A stretch of 64,000 bases of DNA from a virus (taxonomy: Duplodnaviria; Heunggongvirae; Uroviricota; Caudoviricetes). The stretch lies in IMG/VR virus record IMGVR_UViG_3300029581_000002, one strand, 5' to 3'. Of the stretch, positions 19,645-28,890 are shown one piece after another (position 1 is the stretch's first letter; every line of letters begins with the position of its first letter). Position numbers and translations under genes: made by a program. The notes under the pieces are model-generated. The model searched no databases. It was given only the letters and a program-made list of their open reading frames with translations, and had not been told where the DNA came from.

Positions 19645-20511
19645 TTATAAAGGTTTAATATTGTCGAATATATTGTCTTCGGCTTCTACTCCCCATTTAG
19701 AGTGAATCATTACCCCTATTGGAGTTACTTGAAACACAAATGGGTCATTATTGATAGGAATAAGCTTCCTTTCCGGAACTGTAAACTGCATCGTTTCATT
19801 CATTTCTTCAATAGGAGCGGCAATGAATAAGTCAGCACTGCTACATTCTTTTGAATCAGCAATGTTCACATCATGTGCCTTGGCTTTATTAAGGATATGA
19901 AAGAATGGATATGCATTCATTCTAGCCTTATTTCTACTCAAATACATAAGTCCAATATGGGAAGGTTCCTGCCTAATGAAGTACCTTCCAACCGGATAGG
20001 ACATGCTATCAATAGGCATAGGGTGAGTAGCAACTTGCATACCAGTAACATACCGTAAAGGTGAACCGTTTCCGCTATAGTTAACATACTCATTTGCTTC
20101 AAGTGCTTGAGCAGTGGCCATTACCTTAGAGATTTCATCAATGTTCTCGTCAGGCACAGAACCTTTATAAGCTGATAGTCTTCCAACAACTAATCCATAC
20201 TTAACATTCAGATTAATGAAATCCTCCTCCTTAAGTATCAATGAGCCAGGGAAATGTCTTTGCAAAAAGCTATAACATTTTAAGACTTTAAGGTCCTCTT
20301 CCGAAGTGATAGCATCACCTACTTCTTTAGAATTAGTAAATCCTAAAGCTTTCAGTTTGACAGCCTTATCAACTAGTTGATGATTCGGATTCAGACCCTT
20401 AATAGTCTTCATGTACTCTACAGCCATTAGAGTATAAGCTAATTGCACTTCTTGGGCTGTGAATCTCTTTGTGCCTACAGACGTATCTGTAGAAGGACTA
20501 AAATTGTTCAT
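19645..20511 (-). CDS. paralog-family protein B (C-terminal ..GVMIHSKWGVEAEDNIFDNIK motif)
   Basis: Same motif architecture as 16690..17628 and 25252..26103. Confidence 0.5.
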   Translation of the reverse strand: MNNFSPSTDTSVGTKRFTAQEVQLAYTLMAVEYMKTIKGLNPNHQLVDKAVKLKALGFTNSKEVGDAITSEEDLKVLKCYSFLQRHFPGSLILKEEDFINLNVKYGLVVGRLSAYKGSVPDENIDEISKVMATAQALEANEYVNYSGNGSPLRYVTGMQVATHPMPIDSMSYPVGRYFIRQEPSHIGLMYLSRNKARMNAYPFFHILNKAKAHDVNIADSKECSSADLFIAAPIEEMNETMQFTVPERKLIPINNDPFVFQVTPIGVMIHSKWGVEAEDNIFDNIKPL

Positions 20512-20631
20512 AATTACTTTTGTTTAACTGAACCTGGTCTGGTAGTAGCTCTCTTAAATGAATCAGATTGCTTATCCCACCAAGCCTGTCGGTCTTTAAG
20601 ACGTTGTACTTTCTTCTTGTATTTCATAGGT

Positions 20632-21105
20632 TTATCCTATTTCGTTACTAGCATTATAAGCAAGCTTGTCGGCTTCCTTATTATGTTCATCACTTGCGTG
20701 ACCTTTACACCACTCAACAGACACTACTTTATGCCTGTTCACAGCCTTATCAAGACGTTCCCACAAATCAGTATTGGCTTTCCTCTTCCACCCTTTAGTA
20801 AGAGTTCCTACAATATACATAGAATCTGTTACTATTGTAATTTCAGAAGGTTCCTTTATGGATTCCAGGGCAACTATGACAGCCATTTGCTCCATTCGCT
20901 GATTGGTGCTGTTCTTATACATCTTACTGTATTGGAATATCTTCTTGTCATCCTCTAAAATGACAAAGCCTATTCCCCCTTGATTTCTCGCAGGAGAATA
21001 GGCACCATCACAGTATATTCTGTACTTATGCGTCGGCATTAGGATTCTCAACAAAATCCTCATCATCCTCATCTTCTTCGGTTTCGGATATGACATCTTC
21101 ATCAA
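20632..21105 (-). CDS. rnhA: ribonuclease H
   Basis: YCDGAYS, GGIGFVI, EQMAVIVALE, IVTDSMYIV, WCKGHA and NKEADKLA give an RNase HI DEDD pattern. The likely true start is the internal MPTHK Met near 21039. Confidence 0.65.
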   Translation of the reverse strand: MMKMSYPKPKKMRMMRILLRILMPTHKYRIYCDGAYSPARNQGGIGFVILEDDKKIFQYSKMYKNSTNQRMEQMAVIVALESIKEPSEITIVTDSMYIVGTLTKGWKRKANTDLWERLDKAVNRHKVVSVEWCKGHASDEHNKEADKLAYNASNEIG

Positions 21106-21556
21106 TAAGATGCTTAACCCACATACCTAAGATAAAGATGACATAGAATTTGTCTTCCTCCTGTTTGTAGTTAACCTTGTCAGAGACTTCATTAACTACA
21201 TCTAACATTGTGAACTCCTCTTTAGCCATAGCATCGTCAGCTATAGCAGACATTTCTTCTACATAAGGTCTAGCCTTCTGCATCGCTTCGTCAAAACTCT
21301 TTACTAAGGCTATGCCTTCATCACCTCTAATTTGCATAGCAACAGATAGAGGTTGTTGCAATTCATTTCTAAAGAAGCCCAAATAGAAAGCCTTCTCTAC
21401 ATCTCCGTTTACGAAGTCATTGAAAGATTTAGCTTTCATTACTTCCTCCACTTTGAAATCAATTTCTGATACGTCTCTGATTTTATCCATAATGTTATGA
21501 TAGCAACCCACCAATCTTCTCGGCCATGGCTGTTGCTTTGTTAGAAACTGCTTCAA
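21026..21556 (-). CDS. hypothetical protein with acidic C-terminus
   Basis: 176-aa ORF ending ..ETEEDEDDEDFVENPNADA. Confidence 0.4.
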   Translation of the reverse strand: MKQFLTKQQPWPRRLVGCYHNIMDKIRDVSEIDFKVEEVMKAKSFNDFVNGDVEKAFYLGFFRNELQQPLSVAMQIRGDEGIALVKSFDEAMQKARPYVEEMSAIADDAMAKEEFTMLDVVNEVSDKVNYKQEEDKFYVIFILGMWVKHLIDEDVISETEEDEDDEDFVENPNADA

Positions 21557-21746
21557 GGTTTGCAGCTTCAGTTTGTAATTCGATAATCTCTTGTTCTCTA
21601 ACCTCTTTCTCTGCTTGAGCTTTAGATGCTACCTCTTTAAGATTGGTAACAGCTTTCTCAAATACATCAATAATCTTAGCTGATTCCTCGGCTAGTGAGG
21701 TACTTGTTACTTTAGCCGGTTCGGCTGATTGTTTCTTTCCAAACAT
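21495..21746 (-). CDS. hypothetical coiled-coil protein
   Basis: 83-aa ORF. Confidence 0.35.
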   Translation of the reverse strand: MFGKKQSAEPAKVTSTSLAEESAKIIDVFEKAVTNLKEVASKAQAEKEVREQEIIELQTEAANLEAVSNKATAMAEKIGGLLS

Positions 21747-21779
21747 CTTATAGGATTAGAATTACAGGGTTCAAGGGTG

Positions 21780-21862
21780 AGCGGCTGTCGGGAATCGAAC
21801 CCAATCTATCACTTGTGCGCATACTAAAATTAGTGATGTGCCCTCCTTTACACTACAACCGC
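21780..21862 (-). ncRNA. tRNA-like element with non-canonical 18-nt anticodon-region loop
   Basis: Perfect T arm TTGGG TTCGATT CCCGA, acceptor GCGGTTG/CAGCCGC and D arm. The stem TCACT/AGTGA encloses 18 nt instead of 7. Confidence 0.3.
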
Positions 21863-22129
21863 ATGGAGCAGTGGTTAGAATACTAATAGTCAAACACTAA
21901 TAGTCATTCCTAAAGAGGTGTTCTGCAACCACCCCACAGTCAGCGCTAAACTGCACGTCTTATTACATACGCTCAACTCTGCTTTAGTTGTCATCGCTGG
22001 ACTTTATTTAACCCAGGTTCCAGCCTGGTCTATACTCGTTTCCTTTTAAGCTTACCACACTTGGAACATACTAGTAAGTATCTGTTACAATCAGTATAGC
22101 TAGTTTTTGCTATTATAGTCCATTCATGC

Positions 22130-23323
22130 CTACATGCTAGTTTCTCTAGCCATTTCTTGAATAGTTCTTTCATAATCAATTCGTTTTACTAATGGATATA
22201 GTTGCCCATAGCCGTGATTAACTGTTATACACCTAGATGTTATAGACAGACGATAGTGAGCATTGTTAATTTCGTTAGTAAGATACTCCATAGTTACAGG
22301 AGTTACTCCGTCACTAAATGTAACAGTTATGCCCGCTTCTATATCTTCTACACTCTTAGTAAGAGCATCTAAGCTACTTTGAATTTCTGCATATCTAGGA
22401 TTAGGAATCTGCTCCGTCTCTAAATGCATAAAATGCTTAGATGTTTCACCTATATAACCTCCTTTGCTACATGGAATCGGAAGATAAACCCAGTTGTTAT
22501 CAAACTTAACAGCTTGTTCATAAGCATGAGTTCCAGGTCTAAAGAGTTGCTGGTACGTATCGACTTTAACTACTTCTCTAGTCCCAGGAAGTCTGCCTTG
22601 CTTGCCGTCTAACCACCACCTTATATAGTCACGAGCATCACGCACATGATATACTGGCAACTCAACTGGAGTACCATTAACCATACACCAATAATGACCT
22701 AGCAACCTCGGTCTATAAAAGTCAGAATCTGTTCCATTGGAGTCAGGATTAGAATTGGCAAATTCATAACAGTAATCATAATAGTCTGCTGCTTTATGAG
22801 GTTTAGCAATCTTACCAAACTTGGGCAAAGCATGATTCCTGTTCTCCTTCCATTGCTTAGTATTAATGTTGTATCGACGACCTCTAGGAGTCTGCTCAAC
22901 AGATTGTACTAATCCATTATCATCAACTCTAAAGAACGCCTGTCTCCACCTATAATCAGTAAAGTAGTCGTCTAGGTATTCAGTTTTGTCAGTATTCTTA
23001 ATTGGCTTAATCCACTCATTCCAGGCTTTGGCTAGCTCTTTATAAGGCTTACCTACATACTTGGCTATGAATTTCACAATCCTAGATTCTTTAACGTATC
23101 CATAACCGTGGTCCCAAGCTATATGACAACTTTTGTCTAATACCTTTCTACCATATCCTCTCTGCGCTGCCACTTCTTTAGATACTCTCAAATTGAAATC
23201 AGCATCAAAATCAGCTAGCGTCACTTTAGTAAGGTGTCTAGGATAGTAGCTTGGATTACGAGTATGCTTGCTTTTACGTTTATACTCTTTCCTATGACCA
23301 AGTTTAAGTCTTCGTTCACTCAT
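22130..23323 (-). CDS. hypothetical protein
   Basis: 397-aa ORF. Confidence 0.45.
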   Translation of the reverse strand: MSERRLKLGHRKEYKRKSKHTRNPSYYPRHLTKVTLADFDADFNLRVSKEVAAQRGYGRKVLDKSCHIAWDHGYGYVKESRIVKFIAKYVGKPYKELAKAWNEWIKPIKNTDKTEYLDDYFTDYRWRQAFFRVDDNGLVQSVEQTPRGRRYNINTKQWKENRNHALPKFGKIAKPHKAADYYDYCYEFANSNPDSNGTDSDFYRPRLLGHYWCMVNGTPVELPVYHVRDARDYIRWWLDGKQGRLPGTREVVKVDTYQQLFRPGTHAYEQAVKFDNNWVYLPIPCSKGGYIGETSKHFMHLETEQIPNPRYAEIQSSLDALTKSVEDIEAGITVTFSDGVTPVTMEYLTNEINNAHYRLSITSRCITVNHGYGQLYPLVKRIDYERTIQEMARETSM

Positions 23324-23324
23324 G

Positions 23325-23609
23325 TTATAGTATTTTAGTTACTTTACCAAATACGGATTTGGTCCACCCATTAATCTTACCATGATTGTTGCCTATAAGA
23401 ACTCCTCTGTCTCCCTTAGCTTTGACTAAGTGAGTATAGTATCTACCTTTAACTTTGCAGAATACTATATCACCTACCTCTACATCGCTAAGATTTATAG
23501 GACTCAAGACATGCTCTTGGCCAGATTTGATTAGAGGAGTCATAGAGTTTCCCTTCTCTGAGGTTCTGAAGGATTTTCCTTCGGTCAATAGTCTCTCCTT
23601 GTAATGCAT
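23325..23609 (-). CDS. S24/S26-like peptidase domain protein (LexA/UmuD/signal-peptidase fold)
   Basis: GNSMTPLI...GDIVFCKVKG resembles the Ser/Lys dyad region (GDSM...K). It overlaps the upstream ORF by 122 nt. Confidence 0.35.
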   Translation of the reverse strand: MHYKERLLTEGKSFRTSEKGNSMTPLIKSGQEHVLSPINLSDVEVGDIVFCKVKGRYYTHLVKAKGDRGVLIGNNHGKINGWTKSVFGKVTKIL

Positions 23610-23979
23610 CGGCTTTAGACATTAAATATACAAAGTTTAATCTCTCTTCCATGGTAGAGCCATTACTTATCCTTTCAAACAAGGTTAACTCTTGCCCATT
23701 CTTGTAGTTATAGTAAGATATCAACTCATTATATCTGACAGTTTTACTATTCAACGAAGCTATAGTCATTGGATATCTTCTTAGCACTACTCCCCTATAT
23801 AAATCAACAAGTTCACCCAATGAGTTGGCAATCTTTAATAACCTGACTACATTGGGTGAACCGTGTTTCTTATACCTAATAGCATAATTCTCCAGAGCAG
23901 CATCCCAATCATGGAACACGTGTTGAGCTTGAGTTAAATCAATCTCAACTATTTTACGCAGGAACTCTTCTATAGTCAT
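23488..23979 (-). CDS. hypothetical protein
   Basis: 163-aa ORF whose 3' end overlaps 23325..23609. Confidence 0.35.
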   Translation of the reverse strand: MTIEEFLRKIVEIDLTQAQHVFHDWDAALENYAIRYKKHGSPNVVRLLKIANSLGELVDLYRGVVLRRYPMTIASLNSKTVRYNELISYYNYKNGQELTLFERISNGSTMEERLNFVYLMSKADALQGETIDRRKILQNLREGKLYDSSNQIWPRACLESYKS

Positions 23980-23980
23980 A

Positions 23981-24157
23981 TTAATTAGATATTGTAGGTG
24001 ATGTTAACTTGTCAATTAGATTCTTCATTGCTTCTTCACCAGCAGCAAAACCTTCAGAATATCCAATATTATATGCTTTCTCCACTGTATCAGTAACAGC
24101 AGTCATAATTTCATTTCCTGCAAACTGTTCTTTTAGCTGTTCTAATAGTTCTTTCAT
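23981..24157 (-). CDS. small hypothetical protein (58 aa)
   Basis: Manual ORF MKELLEQLKEQFAGNEIMTAVTDTVEKAYNIGYSEGFAAGEEAMKNLIDKLTSPTISN. It fills the gap in the gene array. Confidence 0.3.
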   Translation of the reverse strand: MKELLEQLKEQFAGNEIMTAVTDTVEKAYNIGYSEGFAAGEEAMKNLIDKLTSPTISN

Positions 24158-24182
24158 AAATCCTCCTTCCTTTAATTATTAG

Positions 24183-24268
24183 TAGCTTGAGTGGGATTCG
24201 AACCCACACGTCCATTTCTGGACACCAGAGCTTAAATCTGGGGCGTCTACCAATTTCGCCATCAAGCC
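24183..24268 (-). tRNA. tRNA-Leu(TAA)
   Basis: Type II cloverleaf: GGCTTGA TG GCGA AATTGGTAGA CGCC, anticodon loop TTTAAGC, long variable arm, T arm GTGGG TTCGAAT CCCAC. Confidence 0.7.
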
Positions 24269-24274
24269 ATACCC

Positions 24275-24451
24275 TTATACTGACATCATGACCTTGATTG
24301 TAACTACAATTATCATTCCTATAGTACTTATAGCAGCTATACTTAAGAATATCTTAACCCATTTAAAGTCACAATCCCATATAGTTAGTAACATAGCTAT
24401 TAATGCAGCCACAAATGCAATGACTACAGTAATCATTAATGCTGTTTCCAT
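24275..24451 (-). CDS. small two-TM membrane protein (58 aa)
   Basis: Manual ORF METALMITVVIAFVAALIAMLLTIWDCDFKWVKIFLSIAAISTIGMIIVVTIKVMMSV. Confidence 0.3.
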   Translation of the reverse strand: METALMITVVIAFVAALIAMLLTIWDCDFKWVKIFLSIAAISTIGMIIVVTIKVMMSV

Positions 24452-24502
24452 ATCAATCTCTTACTAAGTCTATCCAATTAATTAGGATATGATACAACCA
24501 CC

Positions 24503-24898
24503 TCATAATACGTAATCGCAATAAGTGTCAACAAAATCCTTAGCTTCTTTTAAACCACATTTAGCAGATTCTTTTACATGCTTAATTGCTTGCAGTTTGG
24601 AACCAGTCGATACAAACTGTTTCATCTTAAAGAAGTCTTCACATGATAAATCAATTGTATTATTCCAACGCTTCCTGCATGCAAGCATTGCATCACTATA
24701 CTCTTGAGGATGTTCTGTCCAGGTAATTTGTTGGTCTAATATAACTGTACAAGTTCCATCAAGTATATCATATTCTCTAGATTCTACGGTGAATTTACCA
24801 GCTTCTAACACTACTATATCAGTAGGAAATGGAATCATCTCTGATGAGATTGATACTTCCTCTATTGTCTTATCATCTTTTACAAATTTTACAAACAT
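24503..24898 (-). CDS. protein with ribosomal L7/L12 C-terminal-domain-like segment
   Basis: C-terminal KLQAIKHVKESAKCGLKEAKDFVD parallels the L7/L12 CTD (..AVIKAVR..TGLGLKEAKDLVE). Confidence 0.35.
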   Translation of the reverse strand: MFVKFVKDDKTIEEVSISSEMIPFPTDIVVLEAGKFTVESREYDILDGTCTVILDQQITWTEHPQEYSDAMLACRKRWNNTIDLSCEDFFKMKQFVSTGSKLQAIKHVKESAKCGLKEAKDFVDTYCDYVL

Positions 24899-24923
24899 AA
24901 TCTTTAAGTATTAATTAATAACG

Positions 24924-24997
24924 TGGCGAGAAGGTGACTCGAACACCCAACCTTGCGATTATGAGTCGCACGCTCTAACCAGTTGAGCTATCTCGCC
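24924..24997 (-). tRNA. tRNA-Met(CAT)
   Basis: GGCGAGA TA GCTC AACTGGTTA GAGC, anticodon stem TGCGA/TCGCA with loop CTCATAA, T arm GGGTG TTCGAGT CACCT. Confidence 0.7.
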
Positions 24998-25251
24998 ATT
25001 AATAAGAACATAAAGCTCATCGCGTCTACATCGTTACCAATGCAACCTTAATACCTCCCGTTTGCTTCACTGCCGGCTAGTCTGGCTTTGTCTCCTTATG
25101 TTCTTATATATGAATAATCCGCCTGGCAGGGCTGCGAGCTGCCTTACCAATTATTGACGTCAGCTAATCTATGGAATAGCACGTCTGCTAAACTGAAATA
25201 GCCCTATAGTCATTTCTACACCTGCTCACATTTAAGTGGTGGATTACATGT

Positions 25252-26103
25252 TTATCGGTATTTATCGAACATGCTGTCTGATGCTTCTTCTCCCCACATG
25301 GACACGATAACAATACCTATCTTGGTAGCCCTAAATACTATTGGGTCTTCTAACCTTCTTTTACGGTCTTCTTCAGCTTTAGAGAATATTTCTATGCGAA
25401 TATTATTCTCCATAGTGTCATAGGGTGCTGCAATTAGCCAAGCACTATGGTCTAGATATGAGGTGCCAAGATGTAGGTAATCTTCCTCCTTGTAACTTCC
25501 ACCTATAGACCTCATGTACTGATAACCACGGTCAATACCTTTGAATACAAATGGGAATCTAGAGAAATACTCAACAAGCCGTTTGGTCATGTCCTTAGAC
25601 ATTCTTGAATCTATTCTCACAGCTTCAACCCAACTGACGTAGTTAAGATTTAAAGAGTTCAAAGCGTTAGAAGCTTTTGCTATTTGTGATACATTCTCAC
25701 TTGGAATGAATCCGCTGAAGGTCGATATTGGACCACAATACAAATTGTACTTCTTCAGGATTGCAAAGAAATCCTCGTAAGTTACAACCAGTGCATCAGG
25801 ATACGATTCTTTAATCCAGGATGTTATTTCGTTAACCTTCTTCAGGTCTAATTTCTCTGGACCTAAAGCTGACTTATACTTCTTAGACTCGAGAATAGTC
25901 CTAAGAGTTTCTGCATTCTTAGTTCTGCCTAAACCTGAAGCTTCCAACTTATCAAGCTCCTCCTTGATTTGCTCGGAATTGTCAAAGTCTTGATTGCCTT
26001 CTACGTACTTCTTATAGTACTCCATAGATGCTGTTACTAAGGCTAAACGTAACGCATCTGCACTCAATTTCTCCATACTATGATAAATGTTCTTTAATAT
26101 CAA
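25252..26103 (-). CDS. paralog-family protein C (C-terminal ..GIVIVSMWGEEASDSMFDKYR motif)
   Basis: Same motif architecture as 16690..17628 and 19645..20511. Confidence 0.5.
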   Translation of the reverse strand: MILKNIYHSMEKLSADALRLALVTASMEYYKKYVEGNQDFDNSEQIKEELDKLEASGLGRTKNAETLRTILESKKYKSALGPEKLDLKKVNEITSWIKESYPDALVVTYEDFFAILKKYNLYCGPISTFSGFIPSENVSQIAKASNALNSLNLNYVSWVEAVRIDSRMSKDMTKRLVEYFSRFPFVFKGIDRGYQYMRSIGGSYKEEDYLHLGTSYLDHSAWLIAAPYDTMENNIRIEIFSKAEEDRKRRLEDPIVFRATKIGIVIVSMWGEEASDSMFDKYR

Positions 26104-26536
26104 TCATGTATTTTATACCTTCAATTATCACACATGCTAACCCGCCAACGAGCATAATGAAGTATAATGCAACAATTAGTGGTTCCCAACCAGTTCCATA
26201 GTCACTTCTATTGAGATTAAAGTTAAGCCTATTAGGCTTGTTATTAATAAAAGCTCTATCATAGGTTGGTTTGTCTACACGTAGTTTAAACTGATTGTCT
26301 CTACCGTCAGCTATTAGTGTAAGCTCATATACAGTATGCGTCTGTTGATTAACTGTTTCGGTATAACAGTCCTTAGCAACTACTGTAGTCCACACAGGTT
26401 TGTCAATACAGGTTTCTTTAACTAAGTTAGATTTACATCCTCCTAGTCCTACTAAGCACACCACCAGCCATATTACTATCAAAGTTGCATGTCTGAAAGT
26501 GTTAGTTGGCGGTCTCATATCAACAATTGTTGGCAT
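26078..26536 (-). CDS. membrane/lipoprotein-like hypothetical protein
   Basis: N-terminal TM helix with an LVGLGGC lipobox-like site and a C-terminal TM helix. Confidence 0.4.
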   Translation of the reverse strand: MPTIVDMRPPTNTFRHATLIVIWLVVCLVGLGGCKSNLVKETCIDKPVWTTVVAKDCYTETVNQQTHTVYELTLIADGRDNQFKLRVDKPTYDRAFINNKPNRLNFNLNRSDYGTGWEPLIVALYFIMLVGGLACVIIEGIKYMIDIKEHLS

Positions 26537-26715
26537 CCTCTGTCAGTAATTTAGTTGCTTTATCCATTCCTAACTCGTAAGCTTCAGCAATTAATACTGC
26601 TGCGCTTGCTATTGAAAGCTTACCACCGTTGTCCTCTGCTACGTTAGCTGCATTTTCAAGCAGCTCACTTAAAGTTTCTACCATAATTAAATACATTTAA
26701 TAGTTAATAATCTAG

Positions 26716-26797
26716 TAGGGTAGGTGAGACTCGAACTCACACGAGCTTAGCTCATTGGTTCCTAAGACCAACGCGGCTACCGTTACGCCACTACCCC
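26716..26797 (-). tRNA. tRNA-Leu(TAG)
   Basis: Type II: acceptor GGGGTAG/CTACCCT, anticodon stem TTGGT/ACCAA with loop CTTAGGA, long variable arm, T arm GTGAG TTCGAGT CTCAC. Confidence 0.65.
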
Positions 26798-26801
26798 ATT
26801 G

Positions 26802-27020
26802 TTACTTCATCAAATTGATAAATTCATCTTCATGTCCTCTATAGTATCGCTGAAGATATGCAATATACACGGCTTCGTCCTTAACTATTTGAGGGAATTT
26901 GGATTCAAATTGTTCTACTTTCTCTTCTCCTACTATACTTACATGAAAGTCTCTAGGTGTGTTATCCACCTTAGTTGCAGACATTAATAAGACTAATAGG
27001 AATATCAATAAATGTTTCAT
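26802..27020 (-). CDS. small secreted hypothetical protein
   Basis: 72 aa with an N-terminal signal-like MKHLLIFLLVLLMSA. Confidence 0.35.
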   Translation of the reverse strand: MKHLLIFLLVLLMSATKVDNTPRDFHVSIVGEEKVEQFESKFPQIVKDEAVYIAYLQRYYRGHEDEFINLMK

Positions 27021-27023
27021 TTA

Positions 27024-27055
27024 GTTGTTAATAAAAGGAGAGCGAGATTGCTCTC
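27024..27055 (-). terminator. rho-independent terminator-like hairpin downstream of the AAA ATPase gene
   Basis: GAGAGC-GAGATT-GCTCTC stem-loop followed, on the minus strand, by CTTTTATTAAC. Confidence 0.4.
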
Positions 27056-27067
27056 GCCCTCCAAGGT

Positions 27068-28525
27068 TTATTTGTTGTCTTTCTTCTCCGTAGAATAGTC
27101 CTTACGGTCGAGTTCCCACTGATACTCACACATCTGAGTGATTGCTTCAAGCTTCTCTGTACCCAGAACGAGTTTGAGAGCATTTACCAATCTTTCAGCC
27201 GGAGTTTCCACAACAGCTTTCTTGGATGCAAGTCCAAGTTGACGTTGATAAGATTCAACGCTAGCTTTGATATGGAACGATGTTACATGGGTTTCTTCCG
27301 TAAAGATAAGTTTGGATTTGGTTGATTCAACGATTTCAGCCATAAATGCCGGAGCAATTTCAGCTTCTTGAATGTAGTTACATACTTCACTCAAATCATC
27401 GTCGATTGTATATCCTTCTTCAGCGGTGAAGGTAGAACGGATGAATTTCTCCGCAGTTTCAGCGTCCAGACAGTCCATGGTAATCACAGAGCCGATTCTC
27501 TTACCTCTTAAGAAGGTAGGTTCAATCAATTCAATGTGATTAGTAGTGAACAAGGTGATTACGTTCATGTCTTTGGTATCACCACCGTCCAGAGTATTCA
27601 GGATGTCTTGCATAGCAGCATCTCTGTTACCTCTAGTTACTTGGTCAATATCTTCAACAAATACGACAACACCATGACCCGAACGGTCAACAACTTTACA
27701 CATGCGCAGAGTTTCTGCAAGAAGAGAAGGATTCTTCAAATACACGAATGACCAGCCGTTTGTTACAGCATCTTTAGCCAGCTTAAATGCCAGCAAGGTC
27801 TTACCTGTACCATATTTACCTTCCAGCAAACAACCATACTTCAATGGAATACCTTTAGCCAGACATTTCTCTGGATACAAGATTCTTGAACGTAGTGGTT
27901 GCAATTCAAATTCAGTCTTCTTAGAAAGAACCATGAATTGTTTCTCAATGCCGGCAAGTGTCATGATAGTAGGTTCAGACAGATTGCTGATTTCCAAAGC
28001 CTGGTTTTTGTAGATAGATTCTGATGCCAATAGCTCTTTAGTTCTGTCAACAATGTCATCAATTAATGACTGGTATTTGAACTGGCATTGTCCCTTAATA
28101 AGGAGCAAATGACGGTCATTGTCATAGTTGATGTTAATTTCAGAATCTTCTCCCAATTCTTCAAGGCTAATTTTACCAAACGGAACTTTGGTACGAGAAC
28201 CGTCTGCCAGAACAACGTCTACGGTATCAATGTTGCTGTTTCCAGAAGGACTGTTATCCTCCTTACTAACGGCAGAACCGAAGATTTCATTGATTGCTCT
28301 GTTCAACTGATATACACCGTCTGGTTTCCAACAAAGCAGCGAGTATTTGAAACTTGCCATTTTCTTGGACTGTTTGATTTCACCTTCGATGAATCCCAGA
28401 GCATCAGCATACTTCACATTGCTTTGGAGCACTTCAATCATTCTCTGTTTCTGAGTTTCCTCGTACTTGTTAACTCTCTGCTTAATAGCAGCTGTAGTTC
28501 CTTGCGGAATAATGTTCTTTGCCAT
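27068..28525 (-). CDS. AAA family ATPase
   Basis: Walker A GKYGTGKT, Walker B VVFVEDID and an SRH-like NHIELIEPTFLRGKRIG. A 230-aa N-terminal domain precedes the ATPase domain. Confidence 0.6.
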   Translation of the reverse strand: MAKNIIPQGTTAAIKQRVNKYEETQKQRMIEVLQSNVKYADALGFIEGEIKQSKKMASFKYSLLCWKPDGVYQLNRAINEIFGSAVSKEDNSPSGNSNIDTVDVVLADGSRTKVPFGKISLEELGEDSEININYDNDRHLLLIKGQCQFKYQSLIDDIVDRTKELLASESIYKNQALEISNLSEPTIMTLAGIEKQFMVLSKKTEFELQPLRSRILYPEKCLAKGIPLKYGCLLEGKYGTGKTLLAFKLAKDAVTNGWSFVYLKNPSLLAETLRMCKVVDRSGHGVVVFVEDIDQVTRGNRDAAMQDILNTLDGGDTKDMNVITLFTTNHIELIEPTFLRGKRIGSVITMDCLDAETAEKFIRSTFTAEEGYTIDDDLSEVCNYIQEAEIAPAFMAEIVESTKSKLIFTEETHVTSFHIKASVESYQRQLGLASKKAVVETPAERLVNALKLVLGTEKLEAITQMCEYQWELDRKDYSTEKKDNK

Positions 28526-28528
28526 TAC

Positions 28529-28801
28529 TTAATTAGGTTTATTAATCTTATTTACTTCTTTAATGATTGCCTCACAATTCTCTCTTGTTGTAGTTAAACA
28601 ACCAAGTTGAATAATAGAACCGTCTTGAGTGATAGTCAGGTTCTTCTCTTCGATTGTTTCCCTACACAAACCTCCTCTGATAATTCTTTTAATGAGTGGA
28701 AAGGGTAATATAGTATTCTTACAGAATATCATATTCTTGCCTTCCACATAAATGACATCGTAGCCGTCAATGCTACCTACTACCTTACTCATTCGATTCA
28801 A
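28529..28801 (-). CDS. hypothetical protein
   Basis: 90-aa ORF. Confidence 0.35.
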   Translation of the reverse strand: MNRMSKVVGSIDGYDVIYVEGKNMIFCKNTILPFPLIKRIIRGGLCRETIEEKNLTITQDGSIIQLGCLTTTRENCEAIIKEVNKINKPN

Positions 28802-28813
28802 CTATTAACTGTG

Positions 28814-28890
28814 TAGGGACGGTGGGGATTGAACCCACATGTGACCAATTACCCTTTCAACAGCGTATAAGGCAGAGGGGATACGTCCCT
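28814..28890 (-). ncRNA. tRNA-like element (canonical acceptor and T arm, non-canonical D/anticodon region)
   Basis: Perfect 7-bp acceptor AGGGACG/CGTCCCT and T arm GTGGG TTCAATC CCCAC. No convincing anticodon arm could be folded by eye. Confidence 0.3.

Noticed and set aside
26520-26684. 53-aa minus-strand ORF (MVETLSELLENAANVAEDNGGKLSIASAAVLIAEAYELGMDKATKLLTEDANNC)
   Set aside because: It is plausible, but it overlaps the start of the downstream membrane-protein gene out of frame and has no distinguishing features.
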